DNA from: Candidatus Falkowbacteria bacterium S5_I03
GTDB lineage: Bacteria > Patescibacteriota > Patescibacteriia > Patescibacteriales > UBA12465
DNA length: 64,000 nt
NCBI GenBank assembly: GCA_019248265.1
Contig: JAEHGX010000003.1
Coordinates: forward strand, 32,617-96,616
Direction: 5' to 3'
The position numbers and the translations under genes were made by a program. Shown one piece after another: positions 17,546-27,888 of the stretch; within the stretch, counting starts at the first letter, position 1; each line of letters begins with the position of its first letter. The notes below the pieces were generated by a model. The model was not told where the DNA came from. It ran no database searches and saw nothing but the letters and a program-made list of their open reading frames with translations.

Positions 17546-19885
17546 TTATGAACCTATAGCAGCATCAATCAAGCTATCATAATCATATAATGAATTATAA
17601 TTGCACATATAATCTGTACTTGACATATAATATAATAGCTCGGGCTCCCTATCAGCTATACCAACCCACATACCTTTTTGTATATCTGCATATAATTCTT
17701 TTCCTTCTTCTTCAAGTTCTTTCATTTTTTGATTAAGTTGATCATAGCTTTCTTGAATCTTAGCCATAGTACCTTTAGCATTTATGTCTGAAGCCATACT
17801 CGCTGCTCCAACCAAACCATTTGCCAATTGTAACGTTGATATTTGACCAACACCAGCAGCTAATCCATTTAAGTACATAGTATATCCACCTAGTGCCAAA
17901 CCAGCTATTCCTAAAATTGTTCCAGCAGCTCCTGTATCTACTCCCATCATTCCAAGAACACTAACTGCAGCACCAGCATATACTACAGCTGTTGCTACCA
18001 ATGCAAGTGTTGATGCAGCAGCAACAGTTCCACCTGCAGCTAATGTTGCATTAAATAATGCTGCTCCAGCCTCTGGTCCAGCATAATAGGCAACAACTAC
18101 TATCACAATAAGCAATATAAATTTAAAAAATCCAGTTTGATACCATTTTGTTTTTACTTTTGTAACAGACAATACAACCAAGCATAATGATTTTCCCATC
18201 ATATACAGTGATTCTTCCAGAACAAATCCATCCATTGCTGTCTGAAGCAAGGGAACAACGCAGTTATCTTCGCTATCGTCAAGCAGTTTTCCACTTTTTT
18301 CTTTCCCGTTTATTCTCCAAATACTTCTAGCGCTAGCTAGTCGTATCTCGCTATAATACAATTCATTTATTTGTTTTCTTAATACCTTTACTTTTGTTTT
18401 TTCAGTTACATAAACCTCACCGTATGCTTCTGGATCTAATACTTGATTTTCTTCTGTAACTATTTGATGAGCGTATGTTCCAATTGGTCCTATTGATCCT
18501 GATTTTATTTCAGTACTCATGTTTATCTGCGTAGTCAGATCCATGCCTTGAAATCTTATTCTGGCGGCATGAACAGTTCTTGTGCCACCTTTCCATCCTG
18601 GAATAGTTATAGTTCCTAGATTATCTAAAAGATTATACAAATATTTTATTGATGTCTTATCTGTTGCACTCATTGAAACAGTGAACATTATAGATGCATG
18701 TCTTAATTTTTTATTTTTAAGACTAGACTCAAAATCACTTCCAGTCATTCCTATTTTATTTAATATAGCTTTCCTCTGTCTAGTATCTTTTGTAAAATTA
18801 TAGTTATCTTTAAGAGGTATAATTGGATACGCTTCAATATCTGCATATCCGCTAATATTATCTTCATTAACTGTTGCAATTATTATTTTAAAAGCGCCAG
18901 TACTAGTTGTATATGTAGCTATAAGCTTCTCCAGACCTGTTCCAAAATAATTGTTTATAGCTATTTCTATATCGTTTTTTATATCAGACATAGCTCCATT
19001 TATCGCTTCTACATAGTATTGAGACTTGTATCCTCTTGGAGTTGTTAAATTTTGCTTTACCACTTCAACTTTTATTTTTCCACTTGCATCAAGATACACT
19101 CTACTTCTGGCGCTAAGAGTCCAGGTAGTATATGTTTCTATTCCCATTTCTCCATTTTGGGTTTCAGTACCATACCTACTATATAATTTATTATTCCATG
19201 TAGATATTATATATTGTATAGCTGTATAATCAAGACCTTGAGTTTGAAGATATAGATATTCAACTTTTACATATCTATCTGTTCCAGTGTTGTCTCTATA
19301 TTTCCAATAATTTATTCCATCTATTTTTTCGACAACATCATAATTTATTGATACTGTAACACCTTTTGATGCAGCATCTTCAGCTACAGTTTCAGCGCTT
19401 ATTCTGTAACATGTGGACTCTATTAATGCTTGAGAAACTACAGTATTCGTAAAAAACCTATATCTTTTTCCATCTGTATATGTAAACTCTTTAAGCGCCA
19501 GATTGAAATCAACATATGTATTCTGTAAATGATGCAACATAAACTCTTCAGATGATGGAGCATCATATCTTGCGCTATTTATTGATATAACCTCTACTCC
19601 TAATTCTGTTTCTATATAGTCTTCTACAAGAGCAGTATCTATATTTTTATACTGAGTATTTACAGTAGGCTCATATCCAAGAGTTTCAAGATATTTTGAG
19701 TGGAATAATTTTTGATTATCTACAAACTGACTTCCTAATGCACTCATCATTGCTCTAGTTCCCTTAGGAGCATTAGTGAACACATCTCTCATTACAGCCT
19801 TGTAAACCTTGTGAGGCTCATTTATAAGTCTTGTTACACTAACATCCACTATAGTCTCAGTACCTCCACCCATTTCTTTCTCCAA
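17546..19885 (-). CDS. hypothetical 779-aa virion protein with a C-terminal cluster of transmembrane/Gly-Ala-rich helices
   Basis: Several hydrophobic G/A-rich helices follow residue ~575 (FILLIVIVVVAYYAG..., LALVATAVVYAGAAVSVLGMMG...). Position is consistent with an ejection or membrane-insertion role, which is an inference. Confidence 0.55.
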   Translation of the reverse strand: MEKEMGGGTETIVDVSVTRLINEPHKVYKAVMRDVFTNAPKGTRAMMSALGSQFVDNQKLFHSKYLETLGYEPTVNTQYKNIDTALVEDYIETELGVEVISINSARYDAPSSEEFMLHHLQNTYVDFNLALKEFTYTDGKRYRFFTNTVVSQALIESTCYRISAETVAEDAASKGVTVSINYDVVEKIDGINYWKYRDNTGTDRYVKVEYLYLQTQGLDYTAIQYIISTWNNKLYSRYGTETQNGEMGIETYTTWTLSARSRVYLDASGKIKVEVVKQNLTTPRGYKSQYYVEAINGAMSDIKNDIEIAINNYFGTGLEKLIATYTTSTGAFKIIIATVNEDNISGYADIEAYPIIPLKDNYNFTKDTRQRKAILNKIGMTGSDFESSLKNKKLRHASIMFTVSMSATDKTSIKYLYNLLDNLGTITIPGWKGGTRTVHAARIRFQGMDLTTQINMSTEIKSGSIGPIGTYAHQIVTEENQVLDPEAYGEVYVTEKTKVKVLRKQINELYYSEIRLASARSIWRINGKEKSGKLLDDSEDNCVVPLLQTAMDGFVLEESLYMMGKSLCLVVLSVTKVKTKWYQTGFFKFILLIVIVVVAYYAGPEAGAALFNATLAAGGTVAAASTLALVATAVVYAGAAVSVLGMMGVDTGAAGTILGIAGLALGGYTMYLNGLAAGVGQISTLQLANGLVGAASMASDINAKGTMAKIQESYDQLNQKMKELEEEGKELYADIQKGMWVGIADREPELLYYMSSTDYMCNYNSLYDYDSLIDAAIGS

Positions 19886-19942
19886 TCTTTTATATATTAT
19901 TTTTTTTACATATTATTTTTCTATCTATTATTTTTTTATCTA

Positions 19943-20371
19943 TTATTTCTCGTATCTTTTTTTAACTTTATCAATCCATTCTCTAACTTTATATTTAACT
20001 ATTACACCATTTCTGCACACTGAACCAGGGAGAACCATATCTTTATGTAATGCTATATATATCATCTCTCTATCTCCAGCTTGTTCAATGCAATATTTGA
20101 ACATTTCGTATATACATTGACTAGCTCTTTTTGATTTTTCAACATAGAAAGATGTAAGCAATAATTTATCATCAAAGTCTTCATGGAAACAGAATCCTAT
20201 TATTCTATTTTCATCTACAACTTTTATTCCATCTTTTTTCTTGAGATCCCTTTCGAATCTTATTGCTAATCCTCTAGCGCCAGATGAAGAGCCAGTTATT
20301 GACTCATATTCATCTACCACATAGTTTACGCATATAGCAATATCATCTGGCGCTATTTTATATAATTTCAT
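19943..20371 (-). CDS. hypothetical 142-aa protein, weak GNAT-like features (copy 1)
   Basis: ORF with a beta-strand/helix segment LTSFYVEKSKRASQCIYEMFKYCIEQAG, loosely like GNAT motif A. The functional call has low confidence. Confidence 0.45.
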   Translation of the reverse strand: MKLYKIAPDDIAICVNYVVDEYESITGSSSGARGLAIRFERDLKKKDGIKVVDENRIIGFCFHEDFDDKLLLTSFYVEKSKRASQCIYEMFKYCIEQAGDREMIYIALHKDMVLPGSVCRNGVIVKYKVREWIDKVKKRYEK

Positions 20372-20372
20372 T

Positions 20373-21107
20373 CTACATTCCAGATGTTAGTGTACTATAA
20401 AGCTCAGAAACTTTATCTCCAGTAATAATAGCTGGCTTAGTAGTTAACATCCCAGAACTAAACATTAATCCCCATGCATTTATTTGAGAATCGAATAGTT
20501 TTTGGTATTTATTATCATCAAATCCTCTTTCTTGTCTTGCATACAATGATGTTTGTGCTTCTATATTTAATCTTTGTTTAGCAGATGTTAACTTATCATC
20601 TTCTATCTTGCTAATAGCTGCACTTCCTTGTTCCACTTGTTTTTTAACAAGTTTCATACTTTCCCATACTGCACCTTCATCCATTAATGCTATGACATTT
20701 CCGCTAGAATCTTTTGTTGGAGCACCATATTCTCTTAATAACTTAGCTTGTTGTAGCTGTGTAGTAGCTAAACTTGTTTTGATATCTTCATCTAGTTTAT
20801 CTTTTTGAGCAGCTAAGATATCAAGTTGTAATTCAAGTTCTTCTTTTTTAAGAATTAGCTCTTTCTCTTGGGTAGCCCACTGTAATCCAATACTCATACT
20901 TGAAGCAGTTATATCTCCAACCATTTTACTTATTGTTTCTGCTATAACAGCAGATCTTGCTTCATCAGTTAATGAACCTCTATCTAATAAATCTATAAGA
21001 GTCTCTTTAGCTCTTATGTATATTCCTTCTTTTCCTAATGCTTCTTTTACTAAAGCTCTCTGTTTCTTTATCACATCAAGATTTGTTTCAATTTGTATTA
21101 TTGCCAT
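20373..21107 (-). CDS. hypothetical 244-aa coiled-coil structural-module protein (copy 1)
   Basis: ORF lies 1 nt from the downstream gene. No motif recognised. Confidence 0.55.
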   Translation of the reverse strand: MAIIQIETNLDVIKKQRALVKEALGKEGIYIRAKETLIDLLDRGSLTDEARSAVIAETISKMVGDITASSMSIGLQWATQEKELILKKEELELQLDILAAQKDKLDEDIKTSLATTQLQQAKLLREYGAPTKDSSGNVIALMDEGAVWESMKLVKKQVEQGSAAISKIEDDKLTSAKQRLNIEAQTSLYARQERGFDDNKYQKLFDSQINAWGLMFSSGMLTTKPAIITGDKVSELYSTLTSGM

Positions 21108-21157
21108 AATTTTTCCTTTTTTTTATTTTATTTTATCATAAATTAGATTTTATAATA

Positions 21158-21296
21158 TTATTCATTAAACAATATTCTTGTTTGTTCTTGTCCAGCTAAA
21201 TATAATATTTCTTTTAAATCTAATATTGATAATATTTGCTTACTATTATCTTTTGCTTTCCATTCTATTGTACCATTTTCTTGTAAACCATTTATA
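21158..21296 (-). pseudogene. duplicated 3' fragment (46 codons) of the 150-aa gene 22560..23012
   Basis: Identical to 22560..22698. It lacks a start codon and was created by the tandem duplication. Confidence 0.8.
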
Positions 21297-21344
21297 TATT
21301 ATTTTTTTTACATATTATTTTTCTATCTATTATTTTTTTATCTA

Positions 21345-21773
21345 TTATTTCTCGTATCTTTTTTTAACTTTATCAATCCATTCTCTAACTTTATATTTAA
21401 CTATTACACCATTTCTGCACACTGAACCAGGGAGAACCATATCTTTATGTAATGCTATATATATCATCTCTCTATCTCCAGCTTGTTCAATGCAATATTT
21501 GAACATTTCGTATATACATTGACTAGCTCTTTTTGATTTTTCAACATAGAAAGATGTAAGCAATAATTTATCATCAAAGTCTTCATGGAAACAGAATCCT
21601 ATTATTCTATTTTCATCTACAACTTTTATTCCATCTTTTTTCTTGAGATCCCTTTCGAATCTTATTGCTAATCCTCTAGCGCCAGATGAAGAGCCAGTTA
21701 TTGACTCATATTCATCTACCACATAGTTTACGCATATAGCAATATCATCTGGCGCTATTTTATATAATTTCAT
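21345..21773 (-). CDS. hypothetical 142-aa protein (copy 2, identical to 19943..20371)
   Basis: Identical translation in the ORF track. Confidence 0.45.
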   Translation of the reverse strand: MKLYKIAPDDIAICVNYVVDEYESITGSSSGARGLAIRFERDLKKKDGIKVVDENRIIGFCFHEDFDDKLLLTSFYVEKSKRASQCIYEMFKYCIEQAGDREMIYIALHKDMVLPGSVCRNGVIVKYKVREWIDKVKKRYEK

Positions 21774-21774
21774 T

Positions 21775-22509
21775 CTACATTCCAGATGTTAGTGTACTAT
21801 AAAGCTCAGAAACTTTATCTCCAGTAATAATAGCTGGCTTAGTAGTTAACATCCCAGAACTAAACATTAATCCCCATGCATTTATTTGAGAATCGAATAG
21901 TTTTTGGTATTTATTATCATCAAATCCTCTTTCTTGTCTTGCATACAATGATGTTTGTGCTTCTATATTTAATCTTTGTTTAGCAGATGTTAACTTATCA
22001 TCTTCTATCTTGCTAATAGCTGCACTTCCTTGTTCCACTTGTTTTTTAACAAGTTTCATACTTTCCCATACTGCACCTTCATCCATTAATGCTATGACAT
22101 TTCCGCTAGAATCTTTTGTTGGAGCACCATATTCTCTTAATAACTTAGCTTGTTGTAGCTGTGTAGTAGCTAAACTTGTTTTGATATCTTCATCTAGTTT
22201 ATCTTTTTGAGCAGCTAAGATATCAAGTTGTAATTCAAGTTCTTCTTTTTTAAGAATTAGCTCTTTCTCTTGGGTAGCCCACTGTAATCCAATACTCATA
22301 CTTGAAGCAGTTATATCTCCAACCATTTTACTTATTGTTTCTGCTATAACAGCAGATCTTGCTTCATCAGTTAATGAACCTCTATCTAATAAATCTATAA
22401 GAGTCTCTTTAGCTCTTATGTATATTCCTTCTTTTCCTAATGCTTCTTTTACTAAAGCTCTCTGTTTCTTTATCACATCAAGATTTGTTTCAATTTGTAT
22501 TATTGCCAT
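21775..22509 (-). CDS. hypothetical 244-aa protein (copy 2, identical to 20373..21107)
   Basis: Identical translation in the ORF track. Confidence 0.55.
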   Translation of the reverse strand: MAIIQIETNLDVIKKQRALVKEALGKEGIYIRAKETLIDLLDRGSLTDEARSAVIAETISKMVGDITASSMSIGLQWATQEKELILKKEELELQLDILAAQKDKLDEDIKTSLATTQLQQAKLLREYGAPTKDSSGNVIALMDEGAVWESMKLVKKQVEQGSAAISKIEDDKLTSAKQRLNIEAQTSLYARQERGFDDNKYQKLFDSQINAWGLMFSSGMLTTKPAIITGDKVSELYSTLTSGM

Positions 22510-22559
22510 AATTTTTCCTTTTTTTTATTTTATTTTATCATAAATTAGATTTTATAATA

Positions 22560-23012
22560 TTATTCATTAAACAATATTCTTGTTTGTTCTTGTCCAGCTA
22601 AATATAATATTTCTTTTAAATCTAATATTGATAATATTTGCTTACTATTATCTTTTGCTTTCCATTCTATTGTACCATTTTCTTGTAAACCATTTATAGC
22701 TCTACTCATTCTACTCTGAGAATCCTCATCTCCTTGATACTCAATTCCATTATGAACAACAACTATGTTTTTTACTAACTCATCTCTTATTGATTTGTAA
22801 TTAATTCTATCATATTCTTTGTAATCTTCTTGATTAAGTTCTCTAAATACAACATCAATAGTACCATATTCGTTAGTTGTGCTTGTAAGTATTGGATCTT
22901 CTATATCCAATACTATATATCCATTTGATGTAAGGTAAATGCTATTTTCACTCTCTCCATCTGGAAACAAATCTATTATTTTATTTAGCTCTCTTTTTAC
23001 TGCTACTTTCAT
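22560..23012 (-). CDS. hypothetical 150-aa protein
   Basis: ORF downstream of the tail-fibre gene, with normal amino-acid composition. Confidence 0.55.
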   Translation of the reverse strand: MKVAVKRELNKIIDLFPDGESENSIYLTSNGYIVLDIEDPILTSTTNEYGTIDVVFRELNQEDYKEYDRINYKSIRDELVKNIVVVHNGIEYQGDEDSQSRMSRAINGLQENGTIEWKAKDNSKQILSILDLKEILYLAGQEQTRILFNE

Positions 23013-23020
23013 TTTTATCC

Positions 23021-25120
23021 TTAAATCATGTTGTTTATTGAAATCGAGGAATTATAATAACCAGACACAGAACTAATCTTCCAAGTTTCATTATGAGGAT
23101 ATGCTATTGTACTCACTTCAAAAAGAGATGAAGTTGTACTTGTAAACGAAACTGGAAAAGAATATGTACCGTTTTCAAGATATACAGATATGCTGTTAAA
23201 CTGTGTTATTTTAATTCTAAAATTAATACCACTAATAGTTACTCTAATATAAGCATTTGGATAAACTAATGGATCATCAGATATATATCCACTTGTCCAA
23301 TTATCTGAATATGTATAGGCAATAGAATTATTTACATAAACATCAATTCTTTCTGTTCCAGATGATGTATTATCTGCTCCGCCAGAATTTGAGTATTGAT
23401 TAAAATGAATTGTTCCAATATTTGTTCCTGCAAACTTTATAGTAAGAGTAGAAGATTTTCTTGTTCTACCATCAACATACCCTGTTGCACTAGTTATTGT
23501 TGCAAACAAAGTATCTGTTGATACTGTAAACTCCGAAGTATTTTTGACACATTTTAAATTATGTCCTGCATTAGCACAATTATAACTTCTTATTTTAGAC
23601 TTAAATAGACTACCATTAGCACTTATATCTGCACTTATTGTTGACTCTCTAACTGTACTTAAAGATGGTATTCTGTATTGATTATCAGCGCTTATATAAA
23701 TAGCATCTGTATATAAACTAGGATTTTCATTGTACATTGCAACAGTTATTATATAATTAGTCAATACCTCTAAATCACCATTTAAGTCAAGATAAGAAGC
23801 TTTTATTACGGCACCATTGATTCTAGCTCCATTTATAACCCCCCCAGTTATAGTTTTACCTACTATTTCATCTGCGCTTATATTTTCTGCTATCAATCCT
23901 ACTGTATTAATCTGGTTAGCAGTGATTGAGTTTGCATTGATCAAAGTAGTATTAACATATCCACCATTAATTATTGTCTGCCCACTACTAGCAGCTGCAA
24001 CCATTGCAGCGTAATTAGTATATCCTAATCTTTGTGCAAACAAATCATTATTTGCATCAATGTCTCCAGCAACATCTGGCGCTGTATATCCAGTTACATT
24101 GGTAAATGCTACCTTTCCATTAAAAGTAACTTCAGGTATTTCTCCACTAGCATCTATAGTAAACGGTGCTACTTGACCAGTCATATTACTATTTGTAAAC
24201 TTAAGTCTACTAGCATCTATCCAAAATTCACTTACATAAGGATTAACCTCAGTACCAGTTCCACTTGTGTAATTAGTAGTTAATCCAAACCCACTTTTTT
24301 TGTAAACACCATTAATATTTATAATACTGTTATATTCAAATTTACTTTCAACGCCTTCAGCTGTAACTCTTATGTCATTAATAAGCTGAGAATCTGCTCC
24401 ACCTATAGTTCCATCACTTCCCTCTAGATATGCGCTTAAACCTGTTCCAGTACTTGCTCCAGCATCATCTATTCCAACATATGTTCTTATTGTTTGAACA
24501 GCTGTAGCGTTAGCACTAAACTCAGCCTCTATAGCGCTTTCCATTAGATTTATGCTTTCAGTTGTTGCACTATCTAGATCAGCAAAAGCTGCATTCATAT
24601 TTGATATAAAGCTTCCAATTTCACCATCTTCACTTAATGATGCACTCAATGTATTTATAGCTATAGCTGAAGCTTCTTCTGGAGTAGTAGCAGTTTGTGC
24701 AATATTTAATATTGTAGCATCTGCGTCAAGCAGTGCACTATTTAATGTTTCTATTGCTGTGTTTATTCTTGTATCTATATCATTACTGCTTACAATACTT
24801 AAAGTATATGTATTTTTAGCTACATCTAGTTCATCAGATAGAGTTCTAAGTGCTTCCAATGCATCATCAAGATTTCCAACAGCAACAGCAGTTTTGATAT
24901 CTACAACAGTTCCTATTAAGTCTTTCATCCATTGAGGAGCATCATCATATAATCTAGGTATATATATATTGTCTCCAACAACTTTATATTCTTTTCTTTG
25001 AACAGCAACACTATAATCTGGTTCTATGATTTCAACAATAGCCCCAGTTTGAGATGTAACTGAATGTTTAGGTTCAATTTCAACAGATATTGGATTTGTG
25101 TTTTCAACAATAGTACTCAT
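23021..25120 (-). CDS. tail fibre / tail spike-like protein (699 aa)
   Basis: Size and composition fit. It has an Ala/Thr/Ser/Asn-rich N-terminal half and the segment GGYVNTTLINANSITANQINTVGLIAENISADEIVGKTITGGVINGARINGAVI, which is typical of phage fibre proteins. It sits in the structural block. Confidence 0.55.
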   Translation of the reverse strand: MSTIVENTNPISVEIEPKHSVTSQTGAIVEIIEPDYSVAVQRKEYKVVGDNIYIPRLYDDAPQWMKDLIGTVVDIKTAVAVGNLDDALEALRTLSDELDVAKNTYTLSIVSSNDIDTRINTAIETLNSALLDADATILNIAQTATTPEEASAIAINTLSASLSEDGEIGSFISNMNAAFADLDSATTESINLMESAIEAEFSANATAVQTIRTYVGIDDAGASTGTGLSAYLEGSDGTIGGADSQLINDIRVTAEGVESKFEYNSIININGVYKKSGFGLTTNYTSGTGTEVNPYVSEFWIDASRLKFTNSNMTGQVAPFTIDASGEIPEVTFNGKVAFTNVTGYTAPDVAGDIDANNDLFAQRLGYTNYAAMVAAASSGQTIINGGYVNTTLINANSITANQINTVGLIAENISADEIVGKTITGGVINGARINGAVIKASYLDLNGDLEVLTNYIITVAMYNENPSLYTDAIYISADNQYRIPSLSTVRESTISADISANGSLFKSKIRSYNCANAGHNLKCVKNTSEFTVSTDTLFATITSATGYVDGRTRKSSTLTIKFAGTNIGTIHFNQYSNSGGADNTSSGTERIDVYVNNSIAYTYSDNWTSGYISDDPLVYPNAYIRVTISGINFRIKITQFNSISVYLENGTYSFPVSFTSTTSSLFEVSTIAYPHNETWKISSVSGYYNSSISINNMI

Positions 25121-25122
25121 GC

Positions 25123-25530
25123 TTAGCTCACATATACTTCGGGTATTCTAAACTGAATAGCGCCATCAAGTAGTGAATTTCCAATTACCAATATTTCATA
25201 CATAGGTTTACTATAATATCTATCAGCTCTATCTCCAAATTCACTTTCAAGCTCAGATGTCATTAATGCTTTAAGCTTAACAAGTATTTGACCATTTGGC
25301 TTATCAAAAAACTCAATAACTCCATCATCATTTTCTACTTGATTTATAATCGAAACAACATCTCTTGTTGATAATCTGATTATTCTAATCTCAAATGTAT
25401 CACTATCATCTAATGTTAATGGAAGAATTTCATAATTTTTCTTTATACTAAATATAAATTCATTATCTATGCCTTTATTTATCGAGAAAATATTTTCATC
25501 CATATCTTTAACCTCTTTATTTATTTTCAT
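25123..25530 (-). CDS. hypothetical 135-aa protein
   Basis: ORF lies 2 nt upstream of the fibre gene. Confidence 0.5.
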   Translation of the reverse strand: MKINKEVKDMDENIFSINKGIDNEFIFSIKKNYEILPLTLDDSDTFEIRIIRLSTRDVVSIINQVENDDGVIEFFDKPNGQILVKLKALMTSELESEFGDRADRYYSKPMYEILVIGNSLLDGAIQFRIPEVYVS

Positions 25531-25584
25531 TTTTTTTGTTTATAAAAACATTATATCTTGTTTAACCAAATAATTATCTTTATA

Positions 25585-25617
25585 AACAAAAAAAGAGCTA
25601 GGCTAAGCCCAACTCTT
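25585..25617 (-). terminator. rho-independent terminator (minus strand)
   Basis: The minus-strand RNA AAGAGUUGGG-cuuag-CCUAGCUCUU has a 10-bp stem (2 G-U pairs) and a 5-nt loop, followed by UUUUUUUG. It lies downstream of gene 25669..26376. Confidence 0.65.
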
Positions 25618-25668
25618 AATATCTACTTATTAGGTTTAGGACCTTTACCTTTTCCCATGCAAGCCATC

Positions 25669-26376
25669 TTAGTTTCCTTTTAATTTTTGTTGAGCTTTTA
25701 ACTCATCAATTTTTTCTTGAGTCCAACCTTCAACTTCTGTGATACTAAATCTAGCTTTTGTTCTACTTGTAGAATTTTTACTATTTGTAGGAATTAGCAT
25801 TGTTCTCATAGCTGCTAGCGCACCATTTCTAACATACTGAGGTTCACCATGCATAAACACGCAATCATCACCACCACATCTTTTGTTTCCCCAGTTAATC
25901 TTAACACCTCTCTCTTGGATATCAGCATCAAAGTTTTGAGTTGTATCATGATCAGTAACAATAACCATAGTTTTAGTTTCATTATACTCAGAAGCAAATT
26001 CAATCTGCTCATCTCTAGTCATATCTTTAAAAGCCTTAACCCTAACTACTGGCGCTTTGTTAACTTCAGTTTTAATTACTTTAGTTTCAGTCTTTTCACC
26101 ATTATCTTCAATTTCTTTATTTTCTACTTTACCAGACATATCATTTTCTCCATTATCTATTTCATTATTTGCAATATCTGCACTATCTTCAATATTATCT
26201 GCACTATTTACAGCAGCCTGTGAATCTCTAAAAGCATTTAAAACTTTAACATAATCAGCATTAATTAAAGAATTCTCATCTTTTCCTAATTCTGCAACTT
26301 TACCTTCTAATTTGAAAAAGCTAATTGCCTTAAGTAATTCCGCTTTAGTCATCTTTTCATATGGTTTTATCGACAT
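25669..26376 (-). CDS. hypothetical 235-aa protein downstream of the capsid gene (possible head accessory protein)
   Basis: Positional inference only. It has an acidic central linker. Confidence 0.45.
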   Translation of the reverse strand: MSIKPYEKMTKAELLKAISFFKLEGKVAELGKDENSLINADYVKVLNAFRDSQAAVNSADNIEDSADIANNEIDNGENDMSGKVENKEIEDNGEKTETKVIKTEVNKAPVVRVKAFKDMTRDEQIEFASEYNETKTMVIVTDHDTTQNFDADIQERGVKINWGNKRCGGDDCVFMHGEPQYVRNGALAAMRTMLIPTNSKNSTSRTKARFSITEVEGWTQEKIDELKAQQKLKGN

Positions 26377-26408
26377 TTATAATCCTATTTTATTTTGTTT
26401 GTCTTCAA

Positions 26409-26446
26409 AAGCGCCAGTGATGAGAAGTTCTCTATATCTGGCGCTT
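26409..26446 (-). terminator. hairpin after the capsid gene, built from an inverted pair of the AGCGCCAG motif
   Basis: AAGCGCCAG-N20-CTGGCGCTT gives a 9-bp stem. On the minus strand it is followed by TTTTG. It lies between the major capsid gene and the next gene. Confidence 0.5.
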
Positions 26447-26471
26447 ATTTTATCTATCTAGATGTAGAAGA

Positions 26472-27839
26472 TTAAGATCTTCTACATACAACCGCTAATT
26501 GTCTAATTCTCTCAGGTCTATATGCTAAGAAACCATATTCCCATTTAGAAGCAACACCACCAACTTGACCATACATATCGTTATGCACATCAGCTTTTGG
26601 TAAAATGTGGTTAGCTGTAACATCTTGACTTCTCATACCTGTAGTAATGAATGAATCTGTACCTACAACTAAGATAGGGAATACATCGTAATATCCACCA
26701 GTAGCATAAGTGTTAGCTCTTTCACCAGCAGTTCCAGTTGTATCAGCAGATACTAGAGAACCAGCACCTTTGTACACTTGTAAATCAGGAACAACTACGA
26801 ATCTAAATGAACCAATAGAACCAGCTTCACCATCCATGATAGTCTCACCAGCAGCATATTGTGATTTAGGAACCCATGCAATTGTAACACCGTCTGGACC
26901 TTTTACTTTTCTTAATGTTGGTAACATTCTAGAATGTACAAACGCAACATAAGCATTCTCAATAACTTTAGTATCAACTTTATCTGTACCAGAAACGATT
27001 TCAGTATCAGTTGGAACTTCATTATCAATTAAAGCTTGTTCGAATGCACTTAATGCATCATAATCAAGAACATCTACAGCAGTCATCTGAACTGGAGTAA
27101 CAGCAACATCAGAAGCAATCATTCTATTTGCTTCAGAAGCAGACAATAATGAGTTTTGAATTTGCATTTCTTTTAATTCACCAGTAGCTCTTGCAAGTTC
27201 TTTGATTTCTCTAGCAACTTGTTTCATTCTTGAGTCTAATGTTACAGATCTAACTGTATATTTAGCACCGATACCATGTTGAGTCATTTTTGCAGATACT
27301 AATTTAGATGAGCTATTTAGTAAGTTAACAACTCCACCCTCTTCTGGTAATGGAACCAATGGACCTTTAGCAGTAGCATATGAAGCATCTCCACCTAAAA
27401 TGTTACCAGCTCCTGATTTTAAGAATGCAGATCCACCTAATACACCAACTCTAGCAGTAGCAGCAGCTTTAGCATCAGCGATAGCAGCATCTAAATTACC
27501 AGCATTTGCACCTAAGTAATCATTTGCATCATATTTAGAATCTAATACACCACCAACTGATGGGAATACGTACCAAACATATGTTAATAATTTTGCAGTT
27601 GAAGCATCAAGGTTTCCATCTACCATGTTATCTTTATGTAACATTGGGATAACGATTTCTTTAGTGATTGTATCACCACTGTTCTCAGGCATATCTTCTC
27701 TTGAAGCCATTTTTGAGAAAAACATTTTTCTTGCAGCATACTCTACTACAGCTTTTGAAACGAATTCAGGTGTAAATTGTCTAGAGATTGAACTAGAAGT
27801 GTTTCCACCTTGGTTAAATTTTTTAATTGGACCAGCCAT
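26472..27839 (-). CDS. major capsid protein (455 aa)
   Basis: It sits immediately downstream of an acidic scaffold-like gene and the portal. Size and composition are typical of HK97-fold capsid proteins. It has a strong AAGGA RBS and a terminator downstream. Confidence 0.6.
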   Translation of the reverse strand: MAGPIKKFNQGGNTSSSISRQFTPEFVSKAVVEYAARKMFFSKMASREDMPENSGDTITKEIVIPMLHKDNMVDGNLDASTAKLLTYVWYVFPSVGGVLDSKYDANDYLGANAGNLDAAIADAKAAATARVGVLGGSAFLKSGAGNILGGDASYATAKGPLVPLPEEGGVVNLLNSSSKLVSAKMTQHGIGAKYTVRSVTLDSRMKQVAREIKELARATGELKEMQIQNSLLSASEANRMIASDVAVTPVQMTAVDVLDYDALSAFEQALIDNEVPTDTEIVSGTDKVDTKVIENAYVAFVHSRMLPTLRKVKGPDGVTIAWVPKSQYAAGETIMDGEAGSIGSFRFVVVPDLQVYKGAGSLVSADTTGTAGERANTYATGGYYDVFPILVVGTDSFITTGMRSQDVTANHILPKADVHNDMYGQVGGVASKWEYGFLAYRPERIRQLAVVCRRS

Positions 27840-27888
27840 GTTATTTTCCTTGTTTATTTAGTAAACCTAATTGCTTTCAAGGAAAATC

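Larger units (their letters stand above)
19889..22698. repeat. perfect tandem direct duplication, unit 1,402 bp
   Basis: Sequence at x equals x+1402 from about 19889 to 21296. ORFs 19943..20371 and 21345..21773 are identical, as are 20373..21107 and 21775..22509. The junction lies at about 21291-21297 inside a short TTTATA microhomology. Confidence 0.9.

Noticed and set aside
25623-25667. A 14-codon minus-strand ORF (MACMGKGKGPKPNK) lies directly after gene 25669..26376.
   Set aside because: It is too short to support, has no RBS and lies just upstream of the terminator. It is noted only as a curiosity.
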